64,000 nt of DNA from Eubacteriales bacterium (lineage in GTDB: Bacteria; Bacillota; Clostridia; Oscillospirales; CAG-272). Below the pieces are notes generated by a model. It was not told where the DNA came from. It did not search any database and saw only the letters and a list, made by a program, of their open reading frames with translations. The position numbers and the translations under genes were made by a program. Positions 9,547-20,502 of this stretch are shown here, piece by piece; positions within the stretch are counted from its first letter, which is position 1; the number at the start of each line of letters is the position of its first letter. The stretch covers positions 6,431-70,430 of the forward strand of contig JBGVQK010000074.1 of the NCBI GenBank assembly GCA_045127455.1. The letters are read 5' to 3'.

Positions 9547-10431
9547 ATGAACCAAACAGTTTTTACAGGTGCGGCAACCGCCATCGTAACTCCTTTTATC
9601 AACAATGAGATCGATTACGAGCAATTTGGCAGACTGATCGAGTGGCAGATTGCCCAAGGCATTGATGCCATTGTTGCTTGCGGAACTACGGGTGAGGGCT
9701 CAACGCTCACCGACGAGGAGCACCGCGCTGTTATTGAATACGCAGTTAAAAAGGTTAACGGCCGCGTTCCCGTAATTGCGGGCACGGGCTCCAACGATAC
9801 GGCATACGCAATCGACTTGACCAAGTTCGCCTGCGAGGCAGGCGCCGATGCTATGTTGCTTGTAACCCCTTACTATAACAAGGCAACGCAAAAGGGACTG
9901 ATCAAATCCTTTGAGGTGGTGGCAGACGTCAGCACCAAGCCTTGCATTCTTTATAACGTTCCTTCGCGCACAGGCTGCAATCTGCTCCCTGCAAGTGCGG
10001 CGGTTCTTGCCGATCACCCCAACATTGTTGCTATCAAAGAGGCAAGCGGAAACATCTCGCAAATTGCAAAGCTTGCATCCCTTGTTCGCGGCAAAATGGA
10101 TATCTACTCGGGCAATGACGACCAAATCGTCCCCGTGCTCTCCTTGGGTGGCAAGGGCGTTATCTCGGTGCTTTCAAACCTGATGCCCAAAGAGACTTCA
10201 CAGATGTGCCACAAGTTTTTTGCAGGCGACGTTGCAGGCAGTGCCAAGATGCAGCTTGATCTCCTTGAACTCGTCAACGCACTCTTCTGCGAGGTCAACC
10301 CCATTCCCGTAAAGGCGGCAATGGCAGCTATGGGCTTTGGCGAGAACAGCCTGCGCCTGCCTCTTACAACTATGGAACCCCAAAATGCCGAAAAGCTCTA
10401 CGCCCTGATGCGTCAGCACGGCTTGATTTGA
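9547..10431 (+). CDS. dapA: 4-hydroxy-tetrahydrodipicolinate synthase
   Basis: GTTGE, PYYNK, YNVPSRT, IKEASG. Confidence 0.97.
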   Translation: MNQTVFTGAATAIVTPFINNEIDYEQFGRLIEWQIAQGIDAIVACGTTGEGSTLTDEEHRAVIEYAVKKVNGRVPVIAGTGSNDTAYAIDLTKFACEAGADAMLLVTPYYNKATQKGLIKSFEVVADVSTKPCILYNVPSRTGCNLLPASAAVLADHPNIVAIKEASGNISQIAKLASLVRGKMDIYSGNDDQIVPVLSLGGKGVISVLSNLMPKETSQMCHKFFAGDVAGSAKMQLDLLELVNALFCEVNPIPVKAAMAAMGFGENSLRLPLTTMEPQNAEKLYALMRQHGLI

Positions 10432-10450
10432 GGAAAGGAATTGTAAACGA

Positions 10451-11200
10451 ATGAATATTCTGATATGCGGCGTTGGCGGACGTATGGGTAGAGAAGTAGC
10501 AAAGCTTGCGCTTGATGGCGTGCGCGGTGCAACCGTTGTAGCAGGCTTTGACGTGCTCCCCGTAGATACCCGCGAGTTTGTCACATACACCGATTGGAAT
10601 GCGATCACCGAACAGATCGATTGCATCATCGACTTCTCACACCATACGGCAACCGAGGCACTTTTGGGCTTTGCAAAGAAAAAGAATATCCCTGTTGTTA
10701 TTGCCACAACAGGACATACCGACGAGGAAAAAAACAGTATTTTGGAAGCGGCAAAAGAAATTCCCGTTTTCCACAGTGCCAATATGTCGCTTGGCATAGC
10801 CCTTTTGGTTGAGCTTGCAAAAACCACGGCAAAGGCTTTTCCTGATGCCGACATCGAGATCATCGAAAAGCATCACAACCGCAAGTTGGATGCTCCCAGT
10901 GGAACGGCTCTGCTTTTGGCAAACGCTATTCAAGAGGTTCGCAAGAGCGCAAGACTTATTTTCGGTCGCAGCGGACAAGCCAAGAGAGAAGCCGACGAGA
11001 TCGGTATTCACGCCATTCGTATGGGCAATATCATCGGTGAGCACGAGGTTATCGTTGGCACCGATACACAAACCATCACGCTGGGGCACGAGGCGCACAG
11101 CCGCGCACTCTTTGCCGAGGGTGCACTTGCCGCCGCAGATTACCTTTGCGGCAAAGAGGCAGGACTCTATGATATGGAGCGTATGATCTCCGAAAATTGA
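10451..11200 (+). CDS. dapB: 4-hydroxy-tetrahydrodipicolinate reductase
   Basis: GRMG, ATTG, EKHHNRKLDAPSGTA. Confidence 0.97.
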   Translation: MNILICGVGGRMGREVAKLALDGVRGATVVAGFDVLPVDTREFVTYTDWNAITEQIDCIIDFSHHTATEALLGFAKKKNIPVVIATTGHTDEEKNSILEAAKEIPVFHSANMSLGIALLVELAKTTAKAFPDADIEIIEKHHNRKLDAPSGTALLLANAIQEVRKSARLIFGRSGQAKREADEIGIHAIRMGNIIGEHEVIVGTDTQTITLGHEAHSRALFAEGALAAADYLCGKEAGLYDMERMISEN

Positions 11201-11231
11201 TCTTCATTTTAACAAAAACGAGGAAAAAACA

Positions 11232-12533
11232 ATGATTTGTAACAATCTAACCGTCAATGGGCAAGGGCATCTTTGCCTCGGCGGTCAGGATACTGTCAAA
11301 TTGGCAGAAAAATACGGCACACCCCTGTACCTTATGGACGAGGATCGCATTCGCGAGCGTTGCCGCACATATATGAGCGCTATGAAAGAGGCTTTTGGCG
11401 AGCTGTCTTTGCCGCTTTATGCCAGCAAGGCGGCGTCCTTCAAGCAGATCTATCGCATTATGAAGGAAGAGGGAATGGGCATCGACGTCGTTTCCGCAGG
11501 CGAGATCTGTACTGCCGTTTCTGTCGGTTTTCCAATGGAGCGCGCGTATTTTCATAGCAATAATAAGACCGATGCAGACATTGACTACGCGATGGAAAAC
11601 GGCATTGGCTACTTTGTGGTCGACAACCGCGAAGAGCTTGATGCAATTGAGCATTTTGCAACCAAGCGCGGTATTACGCAAAAGATTTTGTTGCGTTTAA
11701 CTCCCGGTATAGACCCCCATACCTATGCGGCAGTCAATACGGGCAAGGTCGATTCTAAATTCGGTTCTGCGATCGAAACAGGACAAGCTGACTCTATCAC
11801 TGCCTACGCGCTTGCACAAAATCACATCAAGCTTTCGGGCTATCATTGCCATATCGGCTCGCAGGTGTTCGATTCCGATACTTTCCTTCGTGCCGCGGCA
11901 ATTATGCTTGATTTTGCCAACCAAATGCGCCAAAAATACGATTTTATCATAGACGAACTTGACCTTGGCGGTGGATACGGCGTGCGCTACACCGAAAGCG
12001 ATCCCGAAATCGACATTTCCGCCAATATCAAAGAGGTTGCAAATGCAGTTAAAGCACAATGCAAGGCACTTGATTATCCCATACCTGCCATTCGCCTCGA
12101 GCCCGGCAGAAGCATCGTTGCCGATGCGGGAATGACCCTCTACACGGTAGGAACCGTCAAGCAAATTCCGGGCTACAAAAATTACGTATCTGTGGATGGC
12201 GGTATGACCGACAATCCGCGCTATGCGCTTTACGGTTCATCCTACACCGTTCTGCTTGCCAATCGCGCAAATGACGAAAGCACACCTTTTAAGTGTTCAG
12301 TTGTAGGGCGCTGCTGCGAGAGCGGTGACATTCTGCAAGAGAACGTCACACTTCCTGCCAACACCGCGCGCGGTGACGTTTTGGCGGTCTTGACAACGGG
12401 GGCTTATAACTACTCGATGTCATCCAATTATAACCGCATTCCAAAACCCCCTGTGATAATGCTTACGAACGGCGAAAGCTACGTTGCCGTTAAACGCGAA
12501 ACCTACGAGGACGTTTGCAGAAATGACGTATAA
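11232..12533 (+). CDS. lysA: Diaminopimelate decarboxylase
   Basis: YASKA, HCHIGSQ, DLGGG, EPGRS, CESGD. Confidence 0.97.
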   Translation: MICNNLTVNGQGHLCLGGQDTVKLAEKYGTPLYLMDEDRIRERCRTYMSAMKEAFGELSLPLYASKAASFKQIYRIMKEEGMGIDVVSAGEICTAVSVGFPMERAYFHSNNKTDADIDYAMENGIGYFVVDNREELDAIEHFATKRGITQKILLRLTPGIDPHTYAAVNTGKVDSKFGSAIETGQADSITAYALAQNHIKLSGYHCHIGSQVFDSDTFLRAAAIMLDFANQMRQKYDFIIDELDLGGGYGVRYTESDPEIDISANIKEVANAVKAQCKALDYPIPAIRLEPGRSIVADAGMTLYTVGTVKQIPGYKNYVSVDGGMTDNPRYALYGSSYTVLLANRANDESTPFKCSVVGRCCESGDILQENVTLPANTARGDVLAVLTTGAYNYSMSSNYNRIPKPPVIMLTNGESYVAVKRETYEDVCRNDV

Positions 12534-12535
12534 AC

Positions 12536-12572
12536 AAAAAAGACAGCTACACGTTGATGTAGCTGTCTTTTT
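12536..12572. terminator. Bidirectional intrinsic terminator
   Basis: AAAAAAGACAGCTAC..GTAGCTGTCTTTTT between convergent genes. Confidence 0.88.
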
Positions 12573-12579
12573 TAGATCA

Positions 12580-13269
12580 TTAAAATTTTTTGTCCATTTG
12601 CTCCTCAAACTTTTTGCGTTCTTCGGGAGTCATTTTGTTAAACTTTTTGATGGTGCGAAATACTTTTCTTTTGCTTGAAAGATATTTGATTCGTCCAACC
12701 TGAAAAGGATAGGATAAGAGCACGGCAAGTCCATATCCGAAAGTATCCAATAGCGCAAGCTTGCGCGCCGTTTTGATTACATCAATGCGGTTTGTCCCAA
12801 ACGCTTCGTTTAAGGTTGGAATTTTGCCATGGTGCTCCACCTCGTAAAAGGCAAAAGCCATGGGCAGCAGCTCGCAAAGATCCCACTTATCCCAAGCGCC
12901 GTATATGTATTCGCGCCCGATGATATCAACACAGTCACCATCCGCCAAATCGCTCAAATGATATTCGCAGGTTACGCGTAAGATCAACTGATCAATTAGC
13001 GAAAGCAAGGACTTTCCGCATTTATCGGCAAGTCGATTCCAAAAGCTGTTTTTTTCTGCCTCATCATCCCACTTAAAATCTGCCGATGGCATAATCGGTG
13101 CTATGGCAATATCACATTCATTGCCGTTAATTTCTACATCTAAAAAGGAGGGTGCACCATTGAATACGTCATCTTGCGAAACATGGTAGAAACGCGCGCC
13201 GTTGGCATCTGTTACGCGAATATTGCAGGAAAATATGCTGTTTTCCAAAACTGCTAAATGTAAAATCAT
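12580..13269 (-). CDS. Hypothetical protein
   Basis: ORF with AAGGGG RBS at the end of the ruvAB gene run; no recognised motif. Confidence 0.7.
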   Translation of the reverse strand: MILHLAVLENSIFSCNIRVTDANGARFYHVSQDDVFNGAPSFLDVEINGNECDIAIAPIMPSADFKWDDEAEKNSFWNRLADKCGKSLLSLIDQLILRVTCEYHLSDLADGDCVDIIGREYIYGAWDKWDLCELLPMAFAFYEVEHHGKIPTLNEAFGTNRIDVIKTARKLALLDTFGYGLAVLLSYPFQVGRIKYLSSKRKVFRTIKKFNKMTPEERKKFEEQMDKKF

Positions 13270-13280
13270 AACGTTACCCC

Positions 13281-13850
13281 TTATACTGTCGATGAGCATT
13301 CAAACGCAAATCTCTCCTTTATCATTCTCGCCACCACTTCGGGAGAGAGATTGGTGTTGTCGATTTTGATATAATTTTCATAAGGGATCTCGCCCTCGTA
13401 GCTTTCAAAGCGGTGATTTTCATCGTCGCGGATCAGGCGATTGTTCGAGGCTTCGATATCACGCTTAGATGCTTTATGGGCAAGACGGTTTTCGGTTACG
13501 TTTCGCGCAAGTCTTACCTCACGAGAGGCAACCAACTCCACGTAGTAGAACTCCGCCCCTCGCGCTTCAAAAATTTCGCGAATGTGTGCAAAATAGTCCC
13601 AATCCTCTTGCATATCAAACGCCCACATAAAGGTGAGAATAATGCCGTAATTGTCACTCTTGGCATATTCCTCGTAAATAACGTCACGTAAGCGCAGGAT
13701 CACATTTGTGTCAAATTTTCCGAATATTTCAAGCACAGGTTCAATTGTCATGTGGTTGTGGCAAAGGCGCAAATCGGTTATTTTCATCAGCTCTTGCCCA
13801 ACCGTCATTTTTCCTACGGCGGCGTTGCCGAACAAAAACAGTACCTTCAT
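13281..13850 (-). CDS. P-loop kinase / AAA family protein (shikimate/nucleotide kinase-like)
   Basis: GNAAVGKMT Walker A; IKIDNTNLSPE C-terminus. Confidence 0.8.
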   Translation of the reverse strand: MKVLFLFGNAAVGKMTVGQELMKITDLRLCHNHMTIEPVLEIFGKFDTNVILRLRDVIYEEYAKSDNYGIILTFMWAFDMQEDWDYFAHIREIFEARGAEFYYVELVASREVRLARNVTENRLAHKASKRDIEASNNRLIRDDENHRFESYEGEIPYENYIKIDNTNLSPEVVARMIKERFAFECSSTV

Positions 13851-13854
13851 ACCT

Positions 13855-14901
13855 TTATTCCTCGCCAAACATTTTGATCTGCTCGCTGGGCAACTGCATA
13901 CCAAGATGCGAGTACGCCAAATGCGTTACGCATCTGCCGCGAGGCGTGCGAGAAAGGAATCCTATCTGCATCAAGTAGGGTTCATACATATCCTCAAGCG
14001 TAATGGCTTCTTCGCCAACCGTTGCCGCAAGCGTTTCAAGACCTACGGGGCCGCCGTTGTAGAACTTGATGATCGTTTCAAGCATACGTCTGTCTACGTT
14101 ATCAAGACCGAGCTGGTCGATCTCAAGGCGCGTCAGGGCATAGTTTGCGATCTCCTTGTTAATGTGACCGTCACCCTTGATTTGTGCAAAGTCGCGCACG
14201 CGCTTGAGCAAACGGTTTGCAATACGGGGCGTTCCGCGGGAACGGCTTGCGATCTCAATTGCGCCGTCGTCGGAAATATCCATTTCCAAAATGCCCGCAT
14301 TGCGGCGCACGATGGTGGCGAGCTCTTCGGGCGTGTAAAGCTCCAATTTGAGAATGACACCAAAGCGATCGCGCAGAGGGGTGGTCATTTGACCCGCGCG
14401 GGTGGTCGCACCAATGAGGGTAAAGCGCGGCAGATCAATGCGAATGCTTCTTGCCGAAGGTCCCTTACCGATAATGATATCGAGCGCATAGTCTTCCATT
14501 GCAGGGTAAAGGATTTCCTCTACACTGCGGGAGAGACGGTGGATCTCGTCAATAAAGAGCACGTCGCCCTCATTGAGGTTGGTCAGTATTGCGGCAAGGT
14601 CGCCTTGCTTTTCAATGGCAGGACCCGAGGTGACGCGAATATTGACGCCCATTTCGGATGCAATGATATTGGAAAGCGTGGTCTTACCCAAGCCTGGAGG
14701 GCCGTAAAGGAGCACGTGGTCAAGGGGATCTCCGCGCTTTTTTGCCGCTTCGATATAAACCTTGAGATTTTCCTTTACCTTTTCTTGCCCCACGTATTCG
14801 GCAAGCGTTTTGGGGCGCAGGGAATACTCCACGTCGGAGTCGGCCGCAGAGTAAGCGGTATTCATAATTCGGTTTTCAAAATCGAATTCGTTGGTATCCA
14901 T
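13855..14901 (-). CDS. ruvB: Holliday junction branch-migration helicase RuvB
   Basis: [29 protein letters not shown]. Confidence 0.98.
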   Translation of the reverse strand: MDTNEFDFENRIMNTAYSAADSDVEYSLRPKTLAEYVGQEKVKENLKVYIEAAKKRGDPLDHVLLYGPPGLGKTTLSNIIASEMGVNIRVTSGPAIEKQGDLAAILTNLNEGDVLFIDEIHRLSRSVEEILYPAMEDYALDIIIGKGPSARSIRIDLPRFTLIGATTRAGQMTTPLRDRFGVILKLELYTPEELATIVRRNAGILEMDISDDGAIEIASRSRGTPRIANRLLKRVRDFAQIKGDGHINKEIANYALTRLEIDQLGLDNVDRRMLETIIKFYNGGPVGLETLAATVGEEAITLEDMYEPYLMQIGFLSRTPRGRCVTHLAYSHLGMQLPSEQIKMFGEE

Positions 14902-14920
14902 AGTCAATCCTTTCTATTGG

Positions 14921-15547
14921 TTACATCAAGCGTTTAAGAGACATACGAATGATCTCTTCAAGCTCCATATTGCCAATATCCATATCCTTCATAGCCGCCA
15001 TTGCTTCGGCGCGGGAGTAGCCGAGCACCATCAGCGCATCGGTAGCCTCGGCAAGCTTGCCGCCCTTTGCAGCAATAGCACCCGGAACGGGAGAAGCAAC
15101 AGCAGCAAATGCCTCGCTGCCGCCGGCTTCCTTCATCAGCTTGTCCTTCAGCTCCAAAATCACGCGAGCAGCCGTTTTGGGGCCAATGCCGTTGGCTTTG
15201 GAGATGGTCTTTTTATCGTCGGTGCAAACCGCAAGCGCAAATTTTTCGGGGGTGAGGTGAGAAAGAATAGACATTGCCGCCTTGGGGCCAACGCCCGAAA
15301 CGGTAATGAGCAGCTTAAAGGTTGCAAGCTCGGTCTCGGTTGCAAAGCCAAAGAGCTCGATGCCATCCTCGCGAACGGCAAGGTAGGTAAAGAGCTTTAC
15401 CGTGGGGGGCTCTTTAACAGAGCGGTTTGCGGGCATTGCTTCATAGGTCGTGCCGCTGATAGTCAGCTTATATCCTGCGCCGCCAACATCAATTACGGCA
15501 ACGTCATTTTTCAGGAGTGTGAGTTTTCCGCACAGATAATAGAACAT
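14921..15547 (-). CDS. ruvA: Holliday junction DNA-binding protein RuvA
   Basis: VREDG.ELFGF, VSGVGPK and GIGPKTA HhH motifs; precedes ruvB. Confidence 0.96.
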   Translation of the reverse strand: MFYYLCGKLTLLKNDVAVIDVGGAGYKLTISGTTYEAMPANRSVKEPPTVKLFTYLAVREDGIELFGFATETELATFKLLITVSGVGPKAAMSILSHLTPEKFALAVCTDDKKTISKANGIGPKTAARVILELKDKLMKEAGGSEAFAAVASPVPGAIAAKGGKLAEATDALMVLGYSRAEAMAAMKDMDIGNMELEEIIRMSLKRLM

Positions 15548-15582
15548 ACAGTCGGTTCCTTTCAATCAATTCGAGAGGGGAA

Positions 15583-18500
15583 TTACTTTTTCTTTTTTGC
15601 GTGTTGGGGAGGACGCTTTTCCTTTTTTGGGGGAATAAAGATCACCTTCAGCTTTTCAACAATGGCTTTTGCCTTGCTTGCAAAAGCACCTTGCGATGTG
15701 GGAGCATCGGTCATTGCTTCGGCAACTGCATCGTTGCCATCTGCTTCACATTCTGCCAATTCTTCATCGTCATACTCGATGTCATCGCGACGCTTGCAGC
15801 CAAAGTGGAAGCGACGGTCAAGAACGATCAGGGCGATAAAGATGCAAATGGAAATGATAGACACGATAAGACCAATGGTGATAGCTTGAGGGTTGTAAAC
15901 GATGCGAATGTCATGTGTTTCACCGGCTTCACCGCCAACGCGGAAGGCGATGAGAGCGCCAAGCGTTTTGGTGATCTCCACGCGCTCGCCGTCAACCCAA
16001 ACCTCCCAGCCGTTGTCATAGGCAATGGTGGTCATAACGAGTTCGTCTGCACGAGAAGCAGTGTAGGTGCCCTCAAAGGAGTGCTCGGTGTATTCTTCAA
16101 TTACAAATTGGTTTTTGGCAAGACGCGCCATTACGTCCTCAAAAGCATCCATATCAATATACCAGAAGCAGGTAGCACCGCCCTTGATATAGTAATCGGA
16201 GCCCTTCAGGGTCAGCTTGAGGGAGAGCTTGGAATCCTTTTCTTGCATTCCAAGAGAAATGATGCGTGTGGTATCATTGCCGTTAAAGGTGCCTTTCTTT
16301 ACGGGACTCTCATCGTTAACGGTAAGGGAAAGGTCTACCTCTCTGGGGTAATCCGTAGGAGCATAGAAGAAGATCTCTGCCGTTTCGGGAAGGGGCTCGA
16401 GCTTCATGGCAATGCCGGCGGTTTTGGAGCCTGTGGTAGAGGGCTTATAACCGGTCTCGTTTTGCGCATAAGTGCTCTTGTTAACGCCAAGCTGGGTAAT
16501 TTCCGAGGAAATGGGAATGAAAACGGGAACGGGCTCTTCCTCGCCAAGCATAGCACCAAGAATAGCATTGAGGCGATCAAAGGGATTTTCGTAGTCGTCA
16601 ACGTAAACGGTCGCATTGTTTTCCTCAATGTTCAGCCATTTGTTCAAAAGCGCCTTGAGCGAGTTGATCGCCTTTTTAACGCCTTGACCGTCTTTTTCTT
16701 CATCCTCGGGGTCAACGTCCTCGTCAAGATCCTCCACAAAGCCAAGCTCAAAGTCCAAAAGGTCATCCGACACGCCATACGCCAGGGAGAGGGCATAAGG
16801 GTTGAGATAAGCCGTATAGGTGCCTGCTTCGTCGGTTGCAAAGGTTTCGTAATAGGTTTCGTAAAGGGAATCGTCGGAGATTAAATATTTGATGCCGAGC
16901 AGGGAGTCGGTTACGGGATTGTTGCCAAGATACTTTGTCCAGTGTGCCTTTGAGGCGTAGCCCATAGAGTTCAGAAAGCGAACCGTCTCTTTGTTAAGCG
17001 TTGAGGTCGATCCCGAAAGACCGCGCATCATCAGCGCCATATTGTCGTTATTGGAGCGGTAAAAGGTCTTTTCCATACGGTAGAAGGAGTCGTCCTCCTT
17101 TTGCACCGTTTCCACAATGGGGCGCACCTTCTTTAAAAAGTTGTTGTAGCGACTGTAAGTTGAGGCGCCAACGTCGTCTATCAGTCCGTTAATTCCGAGC
17201 AGTCCGTTCAGGAAGAGCTCGAGAACCACGATGCAAGCCAAGCCAAAGCTTGCAACCTGCTTTTTCTTTTCGTTTCGCATAATGGCAAGCGCTGCAAGGT
17301 AAGCAAACACCATAATGAGCGAGAAATAGATGCAGGTAAGGCCGTCGGGCTTGAGGTAGGCATCGTCCGCGTGCTTTTGAATAACCGTGCAAAACAGTGC
17401 GATCAAACCGCCCGTGCCAAGAGTCACACGCAGGGAAATGTTCTCAAAGTCCGCCAAAGCCTTGCATGCCATAACGCAAAGGTAGAAGGAGAACATAAAG
17501 CTATAACGGTAATTGAGCCAGTTGGGTTTTTGGAAGCCGTGCCATGCAAGGTCGACAATGTTGAGCGAGAAGCTGATGAAGAGCACGAACAGCAAAACAC
17601 CCGAAAAGATCTTTTCGCGCATGGTGTATTTTTTGGAAAGGAAATACGAGGGGATGAGCAAAAGGGTCAAAATGCCGCAGTAAACAAAGGGAAGTCCCTG
17701 CGGGCGAACCGTGTCGTAGGAGCCGGGCAAAAGCTTGTAAAGAAAATCCATCAGGTCGAATTTGAGTCCAAAGGATTCCCACGAGGAGCTTGCAAAGGGA
17801 TCGGAGAAGGTCGTTTTACCAAAGTTGAGCGAATAGTATGCACCAAAAATGATGACTGCCGCAATGCCAAGCGCCAATGCGGAGTAGCCGACAATGCGAC
17901 CGAGCGAGCGGAGGAAGTGCCACTTTTCACGCATGGGATTGTTGCGGAATTCTTCTGCATTTGCAAAATAGTAAACAAAGAAATAGATCGCACAGTAGAA
18001 GCAGATCATATATCCAATGTAGTAGTTACTGAAAACGGCAATGGCAAGGGCAACTACGTACAGCTTGAATTTGCCGTGCTTAATAATGCTTTCAATGCCC
18101 AAGGTGATCAAGGGAAGCCACATTACGGCGTCGATCCACATAGTGTTGTGCTGCTGAATAATGGCATAGGAGCACAAAGCATAAGAGATCGAGAAGATCA
18201 CAATGGCAAGCTTGTTCGGCTTTTTTGCGTTTTTGTGCATATAAATACCAAAGGTCAAGCCGCAAAGACCGCCCTTGAGCATAAAGAGAGAGAGAAGTGC
18301 CTCAAGCATTCTTTCCTTCGGGAAGAGGGATACAAAGAAGGAAAGCGGGCTTGCCAGATAATATGCGTAAATGCCCAAAAACTCGCCGCCAAGTGCGCGG
18401 GAGAAGGAGTAGAGCAGGTCAGCGTCACCTCTTACAAAATTGCGCAGGGCTTCAAAGAACCAAACGTACTGACCGTTGAGGTCAAGCACCAGAACGCAAC

Positions 18501-18684
18501 CGTCGCCAAAGGGATGTACGCCGCGCGCAAGATAGATCAGATAGATCAGCACCGCGGGGATCAGCGTACAAAGGGCGAGGTAGCCATACTCCTGCCAAAA
18601 CGGGCGATAGGTCAGCTTGCCCCAAACCTTTTTTGCAATGCCCGCTGCGGTGATTTTTACTTTTTCGTTGTTCTTTACGTTCAT
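15583..18684 (-). CDS. YfhO-family multi-TM membrane protein (putative GT-C glycosyltransferase)
   Basis: DLNGQY, YYLASP, NYYIGYM, YRYSF and YDNGW motifs; many TM helices. Confidence 0.85.
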   Translation of the reverse strand: MNVKNNEKVKITAAGIAKKVWGKLTYRPFWQEYGYLALCTLIPAVLIYLIYLARGVHPFGDGCVLVLDLNGQYVWFFEALRNFVRGDADLLYSFSRALGGEFLGIYAYYLASPLSFFVSLFPKERMLEALLSLFMLKGGLCGLTFGIYMHKNAKKPNKLAIVIFSISYALCSYAIIQQHNTMWIDAVMWLPLITLGIESIIKHGKFKLYVVALAIAVFSNYYIGYMICFYCAIYFFVYYFANAEEFRNNPMREKWHFLRSLGRIVGYSALALGIAAVIIFGAYYSLNFGKTTFSDPFASSSWESFGLKFDLMDFLYKLLPGSYDTVRPQGLPFVYCGILTLLLIPSYFLSKKYTMREKIFSGVLLFVLFISFSLNIVDLAWHGFQKPNWLNYRYSFMFSFYLCVMACKALADFENISLRVTLGTGGLIALFCTVIQKHADDAYLKPDGLTCIYFSLIMVFAYLAALAIMRNEKKKQVASFGLACIVVLELFLNGLLGINGLIDDVGASTYSRYNNFLKKVRPIVETVQKEDDSFYRMEKTFYRSNNDNMALMMRGLSGSTSTLNKETVRFLNSMGYASKAHWTKYLGNNPVTDSLLGIKYLISDDSLYETYYETFATDEAGTYTAYLNPYALSLAYGVSDDLLDFELGFVEDLDEDVDPEDEEKDGQGVKKAINSLKALLNKWLNIEENNATVYVDDYENPFDRLNAILGAMLGEEEPVPVFIPISSEITQLGVNKSTYAQNETGYKPSTTGSKTAGIAMKLEPLPETAEIFFYAPTDYPREVDLSLTVNDESPVKKGTFNGNDTTRIISLGMQEKDSKLSLKLTLKGSDYYIKGGATCFWYIDMDAFEDVMARLAKNQFVIEEYTEHSFEGTYTASRADELVMTTIAYDNGWEVWVDGERVEITKTLGALIAFRVGGEAGETHDIRIVYNPQAITIGLIVSIISICIFIALIVLDRRFHFGCKRRDDIEYDDEELAECEADGNDAVAEAMTDAPTSQGAFASKAKAIVEKLKVIFIPPKKEKRPPQHAKKKK

Positions 18685-18698
18685 AATTTGCTATCTCC

Positions 18699-18905
18699 TT
18701 ACTGTTGGGAGTTGGTGGTGTCGGTCAAAATTTGTTTGATCGCTTTTTCAAGCTTCACTCTGTCCAAGGTCATGTCTCTTCCGCAGGTCTCGCATATCAC
18801 GCGGACCTCGCTGCCAACGCGCACAATGCGAAAGATCTTGCCGCCGCAGGGGTGTGCTTTTTTCATTTGTATGCGATCCTCGGGACGCAGTGGAAGAATA
18901 GGCAT
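18699..18905 (-). CDS. DUF951 family small protein
   Basis: MKKAHPCG..VRVGSEVRVICETCGR. Confidence 0.85.
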   Translation of the reverse strand: MPILPLRPEDRIQMKKAHPCGGKIFRIVRVGSEVRVICETCGRDMTLDRVKLEKAIKQILTDTTNSQQ

Positions 18906-19022
18906 AGCGATCTCCTTACTCATAAAGCATAATATAAATCTATTATATCATATAAAAAGCGTTCTGTAAACCGAATTTTTACAATTTTTACAGAGAATTT
19001 TCCAAAAAATACGCCAAATCGT

Positions 19023-19051
19023 TTGACTTTTGCAAAGAAAGGTGATATAAT
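19023..19051 (+). promoter_or_regulatory. sigmaA promoter of the ruvC operon
   Basis: TTGACT-17-TATAAT with extended TG. Confidence 0.7.
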
Positions 19052-19089
19052 TATCTTGGATATTTATGTAATTAGATGGGAGAACGATT

Positions 19090-19587
19090 TTGATTATTTT
19101 AGGCATCGACCCCGGACTTGCCATTGTGGGCTGGGGAGTTATTGAATATCAAGGCGCAAAGTTCCGCACAATTGCTTACGGCTCGATCAACACCCCCAAG
19201 GGAACACGCACCGAAGAGAGGCTTCGTCTCATCTTTGACGGTATGAACGAGTTGATCGAAAAATACCACCCCGATGCGGTGGCGGTCGAAGAGCTTTTCT
19301 TCACCAACAACATCACAACGGGTATTCGCGTAGCCGAGGCAAGGGGCATCATTTTGCTTTCTGCCGAGCGCGCCTGCATTCCCATTTTTGAGTATACACC
19401 GCCGCAAGTCAAGCAAGCAGTCGTGGGCTACGGCAGAGCCGAAAAAAAGCAGGTCATCTCTATGGTCACTATGCTTTTAGGGCTCCCCAAGCCCCCAAAG
19501 CCGGATGATACCGCCGACGCACTTGCCATTGCCATCTGTCACGCGCATAGCGGCGCATCGAGATTGGCACAGTACTATAACAAATAA
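19090..19587 (+). CDS. ruvC: Crossover junction endodeoxyribonuclease RuvC
   Basis: ILGIDPG, AVEELFF, PDDTADALAIAICH. Confidence 0.97.
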   Translation: MIILGIDPGLAIVGWGVIEYQGAKFRTIAYGSINTPKGTRTEERLRLIFDGMNELIEKYHPDAVAVEELFFTNNITTGIRVAEARGIILLSAERACIPIFEYTPPQVKQAVVGYGRAEKKQVISMVTMLLGLPKPPKPDDTADALAIAICHAHSGASRLAQYYNK

Positions 19588-19607
19588 GCAACGAAAAGGA
19601 TAAAGTT

Positions 19608-20471
19608 ATGTGGTTCTCGGAAAACTGGAAAGACTATGAACTCTTAGATACCTCGGACGGCGAGCGCCTGGAGCGTTGGGGCAACCTGATCCTCATTCGC
19701 CCCGATCCGCAAATTATTTGGAAGGGCGTTGCCCGCCATCCCGCATGGAAAAAGGCTGACGGCATCTACCGTCGCTCGCATTCGGGCGGTGGAGCATGGG
19801 TAAAGAACAATCTGCCCGAATCCTGGAAAATTCAATATGGCGATCTCGGCTTCGTTCTGCGCCCAATGGGCTTTAAGCACACGGGACTTTTCCCCGAGCA
19901 AGCCGCCAACTGGGATTGGTTTTCTGGGCTGATCCGTAAGGCTAACAGACCGATCAAGGTGCTCAATCTTTTTGCTTACACGGGCGGTGCCACCGTTGCT
20001 GCAGCAAAGGCAGGTGCTTCTGTTGTACACGTTGATGCTTCTAAAGGCATTGTGGCACAAGCCAAAGAGAACGCTGCGCTCTCGGGTCTTGCCGATGCTC
20101 CCATTCGCTATATCGTTGACGACTGCAAAAAGTTCGTTGAGCGTGAGATCCGCCGCGGTAATCACTATGACGGCATCATTATGGATCCGCCGTCCTACGG
20201 CAGAGGACCGGGGGGCGAGGTTTGGAAGCTTGAGGAAAGCATCAACGAGCTCATCACGCTCACCGCACAGCTTCTCTCCGATGAACCGCTCTTCTTCCTG
20301 GTCAACTCCTACACCACGGGGCTTTCACCTTTAACAATGAGTTATCTGCTGGAGCTTAAGGTTCGCGCACGCTACGGTGGCGTGATCGAATCGGGTGAGC
20401 TTGGACTCAAGGTGACCCAAACGGGCGCGTTTTTGCCCTGCGGTGCAAGCTCGCGTTGGTACATGCAATAA
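19608..20471 (+). CDS. Class I SAM-dependent methyltransferase (RlmI/RlmK-like)
   Basis: HTGLFPEQ, VLNLFAYTGG, MDPPSY. Confidence 0.88.
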   Translation: MWFSENWKDYELLDTSDGERLERWGNLILIRPDPQIIWKGVARHPAWKKADGIYRRSHSGGGAWVKNNLPESWKIQYGDLGFVLRPMGFKHTGLFPEQAANWDWFSGLIRKANRPIKVLNLFAYTGGATVAAAKAGASVVHVDASKGIVAQAKENAALSGLADAPIRYIVDDCKKFVEREIRRGNHYDGIIMDPPSYGRGPGGEVWKLEESINELITLTAQLLSDEPLFFLVNSYTTGLSPLTMSYLLELKVRARYGGVIESGELGLKVTQTGAFLPCGASSRWYMQ

Positions 20472-20502
20472 AACAAACTACCCTTGAAAGGATCAAACCG
20501 TT

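Noticed and set aside
13708-18969. Long plus-strand ORFs (409, 427 and 532 aa)
   Set aside because: Antisense to ruvB and the YfhO gene; no independent protein features.
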